A stretch of 64,000 nucleotides of DNA from Azolla caroliniana (taxonomy: Eukaryota; Plantae; Polypodiophyta), in the NCBI GenBank assembly GCA_043228905.1, contig JBHGNT010000007.1:2542001-2606000 (forward strand), written 5' to 3'. The translations under genes were made by a program, and so were the position numbers. The notes beneath the pieces are model-generated. The model saw only the letters and a program-made list of their open reading frames with translations, was not told the origin of the DNA and did not search any database. Of the stretch, positions 45,801 through 57,384 are shown in pieces. Numbering within the stretch: the first letter of the stretch is position 1; each line of letters opens with the position of its first letter.

Positions 45801-46526
45801 AATAGGGCAGTCGTATGGCCGATGCTCCGGCAATGTATTGGCCTTCACCTTATCAAAGACATCTGAAAACTCCTTGTATTTCTCTGGTAGTTTAATATCC
45901 GTGTCACGTGAAGTGGATGATGGAGTTGCTACTATTGCGAAGACGAACATGGCCTCGTTCCCCCCTTCCTCCCGCAACTGTCGTAAAGAGATGGGCGATA
46001 ACTCTGGGGATCTATTAGCACATGTAGGAGAGAGGGATGCGGGATTTGTGCTTTTGTCCCGAGTCTCCTCAATTGTTCTTTTCATCCAATCAATCTTCGG
46101 GTTATGGAGTTCAAACCAGGGGAGACCTAGAACTATTGGGTGGTCCGGACTACGAATAATATTGAAAGAGATTATGCTTGCCAAATTGCCAAGAACTATC
46201 CTAATTGGCTCGGACTCCTCGACTATATCTCCTGATGCTATGGGACGTCCATCGATGACTCCTACGGCTACTGGGTTGGGAAGCTTATTCAAGAGGATGT
46301 TTTGTGACAAGGCAAATTCACGATCCATGAAACAAGAGTTGGCTCCAGAATCTAGAAGGGCAGAGGCTAGGACTCGATGACATGTAGATGTGGTAAGCTC
46401 GACTTGTGCTGAAAAAACTCGACTCACTTGATTTGATGAAATGGAACCACGACTAGGAACTAACTCTACATAGCTAGGATGGTCCAGCCAAATGGCTCCT
46501 ATTTTGGCCGGACTTACTCGTTTAAC
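42876..46526 (-). CDS. chromovirus B pol, uninterrupted (PR, RT, RH, IN, chromodomain)
   Basis: 1183-aa ORF; the frame stays open upstream to the GTTAAAC slippery site at 46520-46526. Confidence 0.93.
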   Translation of the reverse strand, partial: VKRVSPAKIGAIWLDHPSYVELVPSRGSISSNQVSRVFSAQVELTTSTCHRVLASALLDSGANSCFMDREFALSQNILLNKLPNPVAVGVIDGRPIASGDIVEESEPIRIVLGNLASIISFNIIRSPDHPIVLGLPWFELHNPKIDWMKRTIEETRDKSTNPASLSPTCANRSPELSPISLRQLREEGGNEAMFVFAIVATPSSTSRDTDIKLPEKYKEFSDVFDKVKANTLPEHRPYDCPIDLQPGKEPPWGPIYNLSPVELETLREYIDENLANGFIRHSRSPVGAPIVFVKKKNGTLRLVVDYRGLNKVTIRNRYALPLIPNLLERLSGAKYFTKLDLRGAYNLVRIRPGDEWKTAFRTRYGHFEYTVMPFGLTNAPAVFQHMANDIFRDFLDIFTIVYLDDILIYSKTQEEHDAHVRQVLCRLREYGLYAKLEKCSFGQNQVEFLGYVVSSNGIAMDPMKVQAILEWQTPLSVRDVQCFLGFANFYRKFIKDYSKVVLPLTQLTHKDQPFIWSSDASEAFESLKRAFTTAPILAHVDPTKRFILEADASDFALGSVLSQTGDDGQLHPVAFHSRKFEAAEINYEIHDKELLAIVDSFQQWRHFLEGSSQQIIVYNDHKNLTYFQNARVLSRRQARWAQFLTHFDFIIIYRLGMQQGKADALSRRSYMELRPGEPAFEHQKQILLGPNRLRLMVVNAITALENSTLLDSIRDHMATDDFAKDVLDHIVPDRASCSQSKNPRNDYCQFYWHDGFLFRQNLLYVPDGSPWLQVLQHCHDSPMAGHFGVHKTLELISRRYWWPRLRHFVEEYVRSCDICCRSKNPRHRPYGLLQPLPVPETPWKSISLDFITDLPVSKGFDAILTVVDRFTKMAHFLPCTKSITSQEIADLVMREVFKHHGLPDDIISDRGPQFISKFWKHLFKLLHISVKLSSGYHPETNGQTERTNQTLEQYLRCFINYQQDDWVAFLHLAEFAYNNSAHSSTGYSPFFANTGCHPRWTMNVHPEVPTNPTAEDRLSRLQEIQANILHNLHDAQFTHKRLADRHRLDSSKKFRIGDHVWLLQHNIKTTRPCSKLDYQRFGPYMITGKISDVAFRLDLPPHMHLHPVFHVSLLEPYTTSSIPGRLTTPPPPVEFLDGPEFEVAVVLDSKIVRNKLYYLVDWLGYTPNDRTWEPATNLSNAAELVNAFHRQYPCKPGPNTNPTTRETCRRRRGIVS

Positions 46527-46574
46527 ACATCCTCTAATTGACTCAAGACATCGAATCTATTCTCATGACATGGA

Positions 46575-47636
46575 CTATGAGTTATTTATGTTATTAGAAG
46601 TAACAATAGAACTCGATGTAGGGTTTTCATGGGCACTTACTTGGTATACTTGACGCCTAGGTTTATGTGGACAATTTACAGCTATATGTCCTGGACCACC
46701 ACAATACAGGCAAAGGCGATGCGCTCGACGTCGTTGTTTCTCAGCATCTGATAACGGCCCACGACGTTGTGTTGACTCTATTTCCATCGGAGTTGGGCCA
46801 TCCCTTGTAATGGGTCTAGAAACTTGTGGAGGCGTTGCGACTACGGAAGCGTAAGTCTGTTCAGGTTGGCGGCGTAACATTTGTTGGCGCTCAGAACGTC
46901 GCTCAAATAGGCGATTATCACATCGCACAGCTCGACTAATGGCTTCTGTAAGTGACTTCGGATCTTCAGGGAAAGTAAGAAGAAGATCTTTGACATCATT
47001 TCTCAAACCTTGACGGAATTGATCCATTAAAGCTGCCTCATCCCAAGGGATATCGCATGCCAAGAGACGGAAATCGGCTGCATAAGATGACGCGGGACGA
47101 TCTCCTTGTCGGAGCCTTCGAATCTTGTTTATCGCTGTCCTAGTGCTGTCGGTGTCTCCGAAACTAGCTTGAAACTCTTTAACAAAGGCCTCGAAATCCT
47201 CCAGCAATGGTGATTTCTTCTCGAGAAGTGGTGCGAACCATGCTAACGCCGTACCGCATAGCAAAGTTCCCACTAATCCCACACGAGCAGCATCAGTTGG
47301 ATACCGATTGGGATGTAGCTGAATAACTAAACGAACTTGATTCAAAAAGCCTCGAAATAAAGATCTCGTACCATCAAACTTGGCAGGGAGGCTGATCTTT
47401 GGCTCTCTAGGGGAGTTCTGAGCCCCCGACGCTTGCTCTCGTAATGACAATATAGTTGCCTCAAGTTGATGAACCCGCTGTGATAACTCTTCATATTGTT
47501 GAGCTTTTTCGGCGCTCACGTGTTGTAGATCTCCAAGTAGCCTTTGATTCTCATGCTCTAATGCCACAAATTTATTCGTGAGCATGTCGAGCTCAGAAAG
47601 AACACGCATGTATTCTTGTTTGCTCACGGACTCCAT
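46575..47636 (-). CDS. chromovirus B gag (coiled coil, capsid, CCHC knuckle)
   Basis: 353-aa ORF with PAKFDG, LRQG, PTPMEI and CLYCGGPGHIAVNC. Confidence 0.92.
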   Translation of the reverse strand: MESVSKQEYMRVLSELDMLTNKFVALEHENQRLLGDLQHVSAEKAQQYEELSQRVHQLEATILSLREQASGAQNSPREPKISLPAKFDGTRSLFRGFLNQVRLVIQLHPNRYPTDAARVGLVGTLLCGTALAWFAPLLEKKSPLLEDFEAFVKEFQASFGDTDSTRTAINKIRRLRQGDRPASSYAADFRLLACDIPWDEAALMDQFRQGLRNDVKDLLLTFPEDPKSLTEAISRAVRCDNRLFERRSERQQMLRRQPEQTYASVVATPPQVSRPITRDGPTPMEIESTQRRGPLSDAEKQRRRAHRLCLYCGGPGHIAVNCPHKPRRQVYQVSAHENPTSSSIVTSNNINNS

Positions 47637-48195
47637 AGCTTATGAGGGGAGAGGAGAAGGAAGAAGAGAACTTGTTAGGGTTTGTGGAAGACGAAGAGAT
47701 GAAAGGAAAAAAATTGGTTCAAACTGTCAAGACTGAGAGAGAAAAAGAGAGAGAAAAAGAGATAGAGAGATAATTGAAAGAGAATTATTATATTGAAGCG
47801 TAAAATGGATTACAAAGAGTAGGCTACAAAATGGCGTTGAACCAATTTAGGTTTGGGATGGGTGGTAGATCCCTATTTATAAGTAATAGAGAACTCTCTA
47901 GAATATTCTAGGTTATCCTAGAATGTAGAGTAATCTAGAAGATCTCTAGAGTATTCTAGAAGGTTCTAGTGGTATAGAACACTCTAGAATATTCTAGGTC
48001 ATTCTAGAATGTAGAGTAATATAGAATATTCCTATGATATTAGATTTCATATTCTAGAGACTATACATATAAGAATATTAATACAATGGTTAAGGATTTG
48101 ACATGTGTACAACAAGGTCGTGGGTTCAAATCCTTTCAAGTCATAATGTGAGTGTCATGATCCTTTCGATGCATGATGTGACTGTTATCATGACA

Positions 48196-48896
48196 CTAAT
48201 TGCTTCTGTTAATGACTTTGGCTCTTCGGGGAAGGTCAAGAGTAAATCCTTAACATCGTTGCGTAAGCCATAACGGAATTGCTCCATCAATGCGTGATCA
48301 TCCCAAGGGATATCGACAGCGAGTAGGCGGAAATCTGCAGCGTATGCGGAAGCTGGACGATCACCTTGGCGTAATCGCCAGATTTTGTTGATTGCAGTCC
48401 TTATGCTGTCAGTATCTCCAAAACAGGCCTTAAACTCACTTATAAATTCTTCAAAACTGTTTAATAATGGAGAATCCTTTTCCAACAATGGAGCAAACCA
48501 TGCTAACGCTGAGCCACTAAGGAGAGTGCCTACTAGTCCCACTCGTGATGCATCGGTGGGATATCGAGAAGGATGCATTTGTATCACTAAACGTACCTGA
48601 TTCAAAAACCCTCTAAACTATGATCGGGTCCCATCAAATTTTGCAGGAAGACCGATCTTGGGTTCTTTGTGAATCCCTTGAGTGCTTGATCCTTGTTGTT
48701 GTAATGATATGATAGTCGCTTCGAGTTGTTGTACACGTAGTGTCAGCTCCCCGTGTTGTTGTTGTTTTTCCAGCGCTATTTGTTGAAGATCCCCCAACAA
48801 GCGATGATTTTCTTGTTCTAGTGCTACAAATTTCTCTTTTAAGCACTGGAGCTCCGAGAAAACAGATTGGTATTTCTGAGCGCTAACAGTTTCCAT
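48196..48896 (-). pseudogene. chromovirus A gag N-terminal part (C-terminal part at 41966-42412)
   Basis: Homologous to B gag; premature stop at 48618; split at TEAI|SRAVRC by element B. Confidence 0.9.
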
Positions 48897-49228
48897 TTTA
48901 CTAGGGAGGATAAGAGGATTAATAAGAAGATAAAAGGAAAAGGAGGAAATGAAGATCGATCAGAAAATCGGTTCAAACTATCATGAGCAGTACTAAGACA
49001 GAGAAGGAATTAGTACTAAAAGAAGTGTTAGTACTAAGAGAGGTGAAGAACTCTCGAGAGAAGGAAAGAGGGAGTGAGAGGGAGGGAGAGAGAGATCGAG
49101 AGAGAGAGAGAGAGAGAGATGATAAGAAAAGATATATATTATGTGAAGAGAATGTACAGTAGTAGCTAGGAGGCTTAAGACTGGCGTTGAACCGATTTGG
49201 TTCGAAATAATGCCTCGTGCCTCCTTTT

Positions 49229-49500
49229 TTACGGGAACTTGTCGTTCCTTATGTGCAAGACTCGGCCACAACTGAGATTCTTTTCATACACAGGAAACGG
49301 GAAATAGAACACGACACAAAGAAGAGAAATGGTACACAGGAGGTTAACGTGGAAAACCCCAAACTAAGGGAAAAACCACGGCAGCCCACAGGCTGCAAAC
49401 TGTCACTATGTATGAATGTACAAACAGTGAGTACACGGAGGCAACGACCTCGGACTCACGATCTTCGCCACAGGCGGCGGTTACAACAGAGGCAACGACC

Positions 49501-49531
<31 letters not shown>

Positions 49532-49884
49532 GTACAGTTACGCGCTCTCTCTTCTTCTTGCACCAACAAGAAAAGAATGAACCCCCAACATTCATTAGTT
49601 TGCCCTAAGTCATATTTATACTAATATGACTTTTCGGCTATTTACAAATATAGCCACAATGGGCTCTCAGAAACATATTTATGAATATGTCTCTTCCTCC
49701 GGTTCATACCGGGCCTGCACCATCCGGCTCTCCGTAGCTGGGTACTCCTCATCCGGTTCATACCGGGCCTGCACCATCCGGCTCTCCGTAGCCGGGTACT
49801 CCTCATACCGTTTTGCCCTCGGCCAAGTTTGTTCGTCGGCACTGTTCTTATCCCTTCCCATCCGGAGGGACCTGTCTCCCAACA
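49229..49884 (-). mobile_element. copia solo LTR inserted at the TATA region of the A 5' LTR
   Basis: Similar to LTR 62466-63085; TSD CTTTT; left terminus slightly decayed. Confidence 0.88.
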
Positions 49885-50097
49885 CTTTTATAGTGTTCTA
49901 AGGAATACTCCTGAAGTTTCTAGAATGTTCCATAGAAATCTAGAAATATACATCAATTTTCTATAATAAAACATAAATGAAAATAATATTCTACGTATTA
50001 CAATGTATAGTCTAATGGTCAAGAGCTCGACCCATGTAGCATAAGGTCATGGGTTCGAGTCTTGTCATATCATGACAGCGAGAGGGTTGTTTGGATT

Positions 50098-53000
50098 TGT
50101 TGGGATTACGGTCCCTCCGGATGGGATGGTCGGATGTCCGGGAATCCTGATGATGAAGACCCGGCTACGGATCCGGATGATGAAGACCCCGGCTACGGAG
50201 CCGGATGACGAATGTACCCGGAGAGAGATCCGGATGCGGGACATATTTGTGAATATGTTTCCCAAGGGCCCTAGAGGCTATATTTGTAAATAGCCCAAAA
50301 GTCATATGTGTATAAATATGACTTAGGGCAAACAGTTCTTGGTGTTGTCGTTGTTGTTACTCATAAGTGAGCAGCCGAGAGAGAGACGAAGAGGTCGTTG
50401 CCTCTGTGTATTACCGCCGCCTATGGCGAAGACAGTGAGCTCAAGGTTGTTGCTTTGTAGCTTCACCATTGTACATCTCTGTTTATAGTGATAGTTGGAG
50501 TTTGAGGACTCCCGTGGTTTTTCCCATTTAGGGTTTTCCACGTAAAACATCCTGTGTACTCTTCTCTCTATTGTCTTCGTGCATCTTGTATTTCCTGTTT
50601 TCTGTGAGTTGATCCTATTCCTCGGTGGTGGCCGAGCACTGTGTTCAACAAAGTGGTATCAGAGCAACGGCAGTGCAGAAAATGGAAGGCGGCGGCAGCG
50701 GGCAGCCGGGGATGATGGTGCTGAATGCGCAGAACTACGCCGACTGGAAGATAAAGATGGAGGATCTGCTCATTGTTCGGGACCTGTATGAACCGATCGA
50801 CAGGTCGGAAATACCCAAGGGGGTACTTGAGACGGAATGGAGGCTTCTGAACCGGAAAGCCGTTGCAACCATTCGGCAATACGTCGACGTGAGCGTTCTA
50901 CAACATGTGGCGAACGACACCAACGCATATGAGATGTGGCGGAAGCTGTCGGGCCTCTACGAGAGGAAGAATGCGTTGAACCGGACCTCCCTGATGAGGA
51001 AGATAGTGAACCTCAAGTACCGGGACGGCGAGAGTATGGTCGAACACGTAAGCACGTTCATGGGATTCGTGAACCAGCTTGCGGCGATCAAGTTCCCGTT
51101 GGAGGATGCAATGCAAGCCATCATCCTGATGTGTACATTGTCGGAAAGCTGGGAGAACTTGGTGGTGACTCTCAGCACCTCCTGCACCGAAGATAACTTG
51201 TCCCTACAAACGGTAAAGACAAGTATTTTGAACGAAGAAGCGCGTCGGAGAGATAAAGAACCGGCCTCCGACTCGAAGGCGCTGCTTACCGAATCGGAAC
51301 GGGGAAGACAACGGAACTGGAGTCCGCAAAGACGGGAGAAGTCGGGGACCCGGTCGCAGTCAAGAGGAAGGCCCACATGCTTCCACTGTGGGAAGTCGGG
51401 GCACTTCCGGAAGAATTGTCGGCATTACCGAAAAGACAACGGAGCCATTGACATCGATTCGAAGAAGTCACCGGAGCGAAACGGTGCATACCGGGGAGCC
51501 ACGGACCGGAGAGGTCCGGATCGGCGAGGGCAGGACCGGAAAGGAACGACGGCACTCGCGGCAAGTGAAGAAGAGATAATGCTCATTACCGAAGAGAGGG
51601 AGTTGAACCTTGCCGGTGAAGAGATGACCTGGGTGGTCGATTCCGGAGCGTCGTTCCACCTGACCCCGGAGAAGAAATACTTCTCATCCTACACAGCCGG
51701 TGAGCACGGCTGTGTCCGGATGGGAAATGAAGGTACATGCTGGATTGCCGGCATAGGAGACGTGTGGTTGACAACCTCGACCGGATGCAAAATGTTGCTG
51801 AAGGATGTCCGACACGTTCCGGAGGTTCGATTGAACCTGATTTCGGCCGGGAGGCTAGACAATGAAGGCTACACAGGTAGCATCTGGAACGGCGTAATGA
51901 AGTTCAGCAAGGGGAGCCTGATAGTGGCTCGGGCCCGGAAAGTCAACACACTGTACCTTATGAATGCCTGGTTGTGTCCGGAGGAGTTGAACGTGGCAGC
52001 CGACACTGCCGGTGAGCTGTGGCACAAGAGACTGTGCCACATGAGTGAGAAAGGGATGAAGAGGCTTGCAGAAGACAACCTTATTCCAGTGAAGCATGTG
52101 CACCTGGAGAAGTGCACCGATTGCCTGGTCGGTAAGCAGAACCGAACCTCCTTCCACTCAAGGCCACTGACGAGAAGTAGCGCACCATTGGAGTTGGTGC
52201 ACACTGACGTGTGTCAAGTAGAAACAAAGTCATATGGCGGAGCCCAGTACTTCGTGACATTTATTGATGACCACAGCCGGAAGCTGTGGACGGCACCGTT
52301 GAAGACAAAGGACCAAGTGTTGTGCGTCTTCAAAGAACTCCACGCGAGAGTGTAAAGGGAATCCGGCAAGAAGCTGAAAGCGATACGAGCGGATAACGGA
52401 GGGGAATACCGGGGGCAGTTCGCGGAGTACTGTCGCTCAAAGGGAATCCGGCTCGAGTTTACTGTGCCGAAGACGCCGGAACTGAACGGGCTGGCCGAGA
52501 GGATAAACCGGACCATAATGGAGAGGGTCCGGAGTATGCTGGCGCATGCGAAATTACCCAAGGGGTTTTGGGCTGAGGCAATGTCGACGGCGACATACGT
52601 GATAAACAGATCACCCTCAGTACCTTTGGACGGAGACACGCCGCAGAGAGTGTGGACCGGTCGGTAAGTATCCTACCGGCATCTGAAGGTGTTCGGGTGT
52701 CTCGCATATGTGCATGTGGCAAAGGACCGGAGAGGAAAGCTAGATCCAAAGACCCGGCCATGCATATTCCTCGGTTACGGCGATGACGAGTTCGGCTACC
52801 GAGTATGGGACCCGGTCGACAAAAAGATATTCCGGAGTCGTGATATCATCTTCATGGAGGACAAGACACTCGCCGACTGGGAGTCGGAGAAGAAGATGAA
52901 GAGCTCCAAGTCGACCGGTGAGGATCAACTCTACGAGGAGCAGTCCCGACCGGCAAGGGACCGGTTAGCACTCGAGGATCCGGCCGAAGACGGTGAAGAA

Positions 53001-55428
53001 ACAGAACCGGCCGAGGAAGATGAAACTGATACTGGAACCGGCCCCGATCCCGAAATGGATTCGGATGAAGAGGAAACGGAGGAGCCGGTTACCGAAGCTC
53101 CGGAACGGAGATATCCTCTAAGAGAGAGAAGGACCCCCCGGAGATTTCCGGAACCAGAGCACGTGCTGCTAACCGACGAAGGGGAGCCGGAGAGTTTTGA
53201 AGAAGCAAAGCTTGACACCCATAGCCGCAGGTGGTTAAGTGCCATGCAGGAGGAGATGGATTCCCTGCATGAGAACCACACATATGAACTTGTGGAGTTG
53301 CCGAAAGGAAAGCGGGCACTTCGAAACAAGTGGGTGTTCAAGCTGAAACCGGGAGATGCCGGAAACCCCCCGAGATACAAAGCCAGGATCGTGGTGAAGG
53401 GGTTCCAGCAGAAGAAGGGCGTCGACTTCGACGAGATATTTGCCCCGGTAGTGAAGATGACCTCCATCCGGACGATGCTGAGCATAGCGGCAAGCATGGA
53501 CCTCGAGGTAGAACAGATGGACGTGAAGACGGCATTCCTTCACAGTGACCTCGAAGAAGAGATCTACATGCAGCAACCGGAAGGATTCGAGAAGAAAGGG
53601 AAGGAGCACCTGGTATGCCGGTTGAAGAAAAGCCTTTACGGACTGAAGCAGGCTCCCCGGCAATGGTACCGGAAGTTCGACTCTTTCATGACCGACGAAG
53701 GGTACCACAAAACGCAGTCCGATCACTGCGTGTTTGTGAAGAAGTTCGAAGGAGGAGACTTTCTAATACTCCTCCTGTACGTGGACGACAAGTTGATCGT
53801 CGGACGGGACCAGGTCAAGATACGGATGCTGAAGAAAGCGCTTCACCGAACCTTCTCAATGAAGGACCTGGGTCTGGCGAGGCAAATACTAGGGATGCAC
53901 ATCATCCGGGACCGGAAGAAGAAGCAGTTGTGGCTGTCACAGGAGAAGTACGTGACAAAGGTGCTTCACCGGTTCAACATGTCGGAAGCAAGACCGGTCG
54001 GGTCAACCCTCCCGGCAAACTGCAAGTTGTCCAGCAAGCAAAGCCCCAAGGCAAAGGCTGAGAAGGAGGACATGATGAAAGTTCCATATGCCTCTGCCGT
54101 CGGAAGCTTGATGTACGCAATGGTGTGTACAAGACCGGACATAGGATATGCAGTCGGAGTGGTGAGCCGGTACATGAGCAATCCCGGCAAAGAGCACTGG
54201 AACGCGGTCAAGTGGATACTCCGATACCTGAAGGGCATGGCAAACGTGTGCCTCCGATTCGGCTCCGGTAAGCCCGAACTCGACGGCTTTACCGATTCGG
54301 ATATGTCGGCTGATGCAGATACCAGCCGGTCCACATCAGGGTATGTGATGACGTATGCAGGGGGAGCTGTTTCGTGGCAGTCGAGGCTGCAGAAGACGGT
54401 TGCATTGTCAACCACGGAGGCGGAGTACATGGCGGCTGTTGAAGCCGGCAAGGAAATGATATGGATGAAGGACTTCATTAGAGAGCTCGGTATCCGGCAG
54501 GAGGAGTACCGACTCTACTGCGACAGTCAGAGTGCCATCCACCTTGCGAAGAACGCGGCCTATCACTCCCGGACGAAGCACATCCAGCGAAGATATCACT
54601 GGATCCGGGAAAGGATAGAAGACCAGGAGTTCGTGCTGACGAAGATCCACACGGACGAGAACGGGTCGGATATGCTGACCAAGGTGCCCACACCCGACAA
54701 GCTGGAAGCATGCCGGAAGAGGATCGGACTGGAAAGACATCCCATGCCGAAGTGAAGGGGGAGTTTGTTGGGATTACGGTCCCTCCGGATGGGATGGTCG
54801 GATGTCCGGGAATCCTGATGATGAAGACCCGGTTCCGGATCCGGATGATGAAGACCCGACTACGAATCCGGATGATGAAGACCCCGGCTACGGAGCCGGA
54901 TGATGAAGACCCGGCTACGGATCCGGATGATGAAGACCCCGGCTACGGAGCCGGATGATGAAGACCCCGGCTACGGAGCCGGATGACGAATGTACCCGGA
55001 GAGAGATCCGGATGTGGGACATATTTGTGAATATGTTTCCCAAGGGCCCTAGAGGCTATATTTGTAAATAGCCCAAAAGTCATATGTGTATAAATATGAC
55101 TTAGGGCAAACAGTTCTTGGTGCTGTCGTTGTTGTTACTCATAAGTGAGCAGCCGAGAGAGAGACGAAGAGGTCGTTGCCTCTGTGTATTACCGCCGCCT
55201 ATGGCGAAGACAGTGAGCTCAAGGTTGTTGCTTTGTAGCTTCACCATTGTACATCTCTGTTTATAGTGATAGTTGGAGTTTGAGGACTCCCGTGGTTTTT
55301 CCCATTTAGGGTTTTCCACGTAAAACATCCTGTGTACTCTTCTCTCTATTGTCTTCGTGCATCTTGTATTTCCTGTTTTCTGTGAGTTGATCCTATTCCT
55401 CGGTGGTGGCCGAGCACTGTGTTCAACA
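50098..55428 (+). mobile_element. young full-length Ty1/copia element
   Basis: TSD GGATT; LTRs 50098-50650 and 54766-55428; PBS TGGTATCAGAGC (tRNA-iMet) 50654-50665; PPT GAAGGGGGAG. Confidence 0.97.
50682..54755 (+). pseudogene. copia gag-pol in a single frame with two nonsense codons (52353, 52665)
   Basis: CFHCGKSGHFRKNC, VDSGAS, integrase D,D,E, YVDD, RNase H. Confidence 0.93.
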
Positions 55429-57384
55429 GGATTGAATGAAGCAGGTTTTACATTTTTCATTAGGATGACTAATGATGGCAGCGGGGATTGAAGCATATTT
55501 CCATAAGAAAAGGATGAGTGATGATGGTGTGGGGGCTGAAGCATATCATCAGAAGATGAGGAAACTACACTCATTTTGTTGTTGGTCATGAGGATTGAAT
55601 GAATCAACTTTTTGTTTTGGGATAAGGATGAGTGAAGATGTTGTGGGGGTCGAAGCACATTTTTTGAGGAGATGACAACACATTATTATTTTGTTGTTAG
55701 AGGTAACTGAGTTTGGTGGGAATCGTCAGCATGGTTGCATTGTATTTATTCAAAGTGTAGAAGTTCTAAACAATCTAATCTGTTTCAAACTGTAGTACAA
55801 GAGAATGCTTTCTCTCTTCAAGGAAATAATAACTTATTGTACACACATGTTGAAGAAATGAGTTTATTGAATCCATTTAGCATGGTTTATGGGAGATGTG
55901 GAATGTCATATGATGGTACCAAATTGCATCAAAAACCGAAGGAATGATGAGTAAATACATGGTTCACCAAATTATGTTATGGTCCTTATCAAAGGTTGTA
56001 TTAAGTGGACTTGAAAAGGCCTTGAGGGAGTGTCTACTTACCAAGATACGGTTTCATGGAATGATGTAAAGATCCTAGCAAACAAACTCTTCAGTGGTCT
56101 TATGATTTCGGTGGCAACAATTCATCAACATCAGCCATTGGAATTCATCCACAAAGTTTCGATCAAATTGCAAGGATTTCTAGTAGTTTGGTGAACATTA
56201 GAAGCAGGATTGAGGCGTCTTGGGGAGAAAATCCTAATCAAATGAGAGACGGAATGCCTAGAAATATATTTGGCATGGACTCCATTAATAAAGGTAATTG
56301 GTGGCAATTCCTTGATTAATACGGATGTTATAGGTGGTTGGATTGTTGAAGCTACATGACTGTTCAAGAGGTTTTTACTTAAATATGTTGCAATATCCAT
56401 TGTAATACTGGATTGTTTTGTATATTGACTTCTTTAAATACCAATGGAGGATTTTTTTGGGGGAAAAAAAACGTGTTGCAACAAGGATGCTCGAATGTCT
56501 TCAAGTATGGGCTTGATCATGATGTAGGAGACCGACCAAGAGAATCTTTTGCACTTGAGGCCAACCCACTAGACTTGGATGACAAACATAAAATCCATCA
56601 CTTGCGAGGAGATGGACCTACATGGTCGAAGGAGCCAACAAGAAGGAATTGTGGAGGAGCTCCCTTGCCTCAAGTAAGAGAATTTGGGAACAAGATGGGG
56701 TTGCATATGCGAAAACTTGCCTTGGACAAAAGTAGATTCATGAAAGATTGTTGACAATGTCGATTGGTTGCAACCCCACTCAAGAAGATCACTCGTGAGC
56801 ATGATGTTGAATGAGAGATGAAAGAAATTCCTTGGCTCGAGGTTTTTTCAATAGGGAATGGTGGAAACTAGCGCCTCAAGGAGAAATAGAGAAACTAGAA
56901 ATTTTGGAACAATCCTCACAACATGATGATTTGAAGAAATACAACACTAGCTTTCTAACATATCTATTATGGGCACATTTCATAAAGACCCTTTAAACAA
57001 AGCGACAACAATTGTGGGAGGATGAAGTCAAATCTCTTGAAAGCTAAATCTTGCAAATAGGCGAAAAGATTATGAAGATCACTCAATACATTCATGAGAG
57101 ATGGTAGATGTAATGTTGCATTTATGAGCGACTTCATATGAACACTCTATTATAGGACATTTAGGATGCATCACCAATCATCACACAACTAATAGAAGGA
57201 AGGCAAGGAAATTGGAAACATGTTAGAAAATGTGTGACACTATCCCATTTCCTCTTCATAACCTCTTAAAGAAGGTAGTACACTCTCACATTTCTACAAA
57301 TGTGACAGTCTAAAAAAGTTTATTTTGGTCAACCAATTGTGGTATGCAAACTAGATCATGGTAGGTGGCTTATATTCGTAAATG

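Larger units (their letters stand above)
42413..48195 (-). mobile_element. Ty3/gypsy chromovirus B, very young, nested in gag of A
   Basis: TSD CTAAT; 471-bp LTRs 42413-42883 and 47725-48195, only one mismatch seen by eye. Confidence 0.97.
37930..50077 (-). mobile_element. Ty3/gypsy chromovirus A (Tcn1/Tf1-like), host of two nested insertions
   Basis: TSD GCGAG; 3' LTR 37930-38361, 5' LTR 48979-50077 (split); PPT 38362-38374; gag, protease, RT, RNase H, integrase, chromodomain. Confidence 0.95.

Noticed and set aside
50579-54740. Many antisense and alternate-frame ORFs over the GC-rich copia
   Set aside because: Shadow ORFs expected from GC-rich coding sequence.
56131-57130. Possible gene or transposase remnant
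   Set aside because: Fragmented frames with no motif I can recognise; needs a translated homology search.
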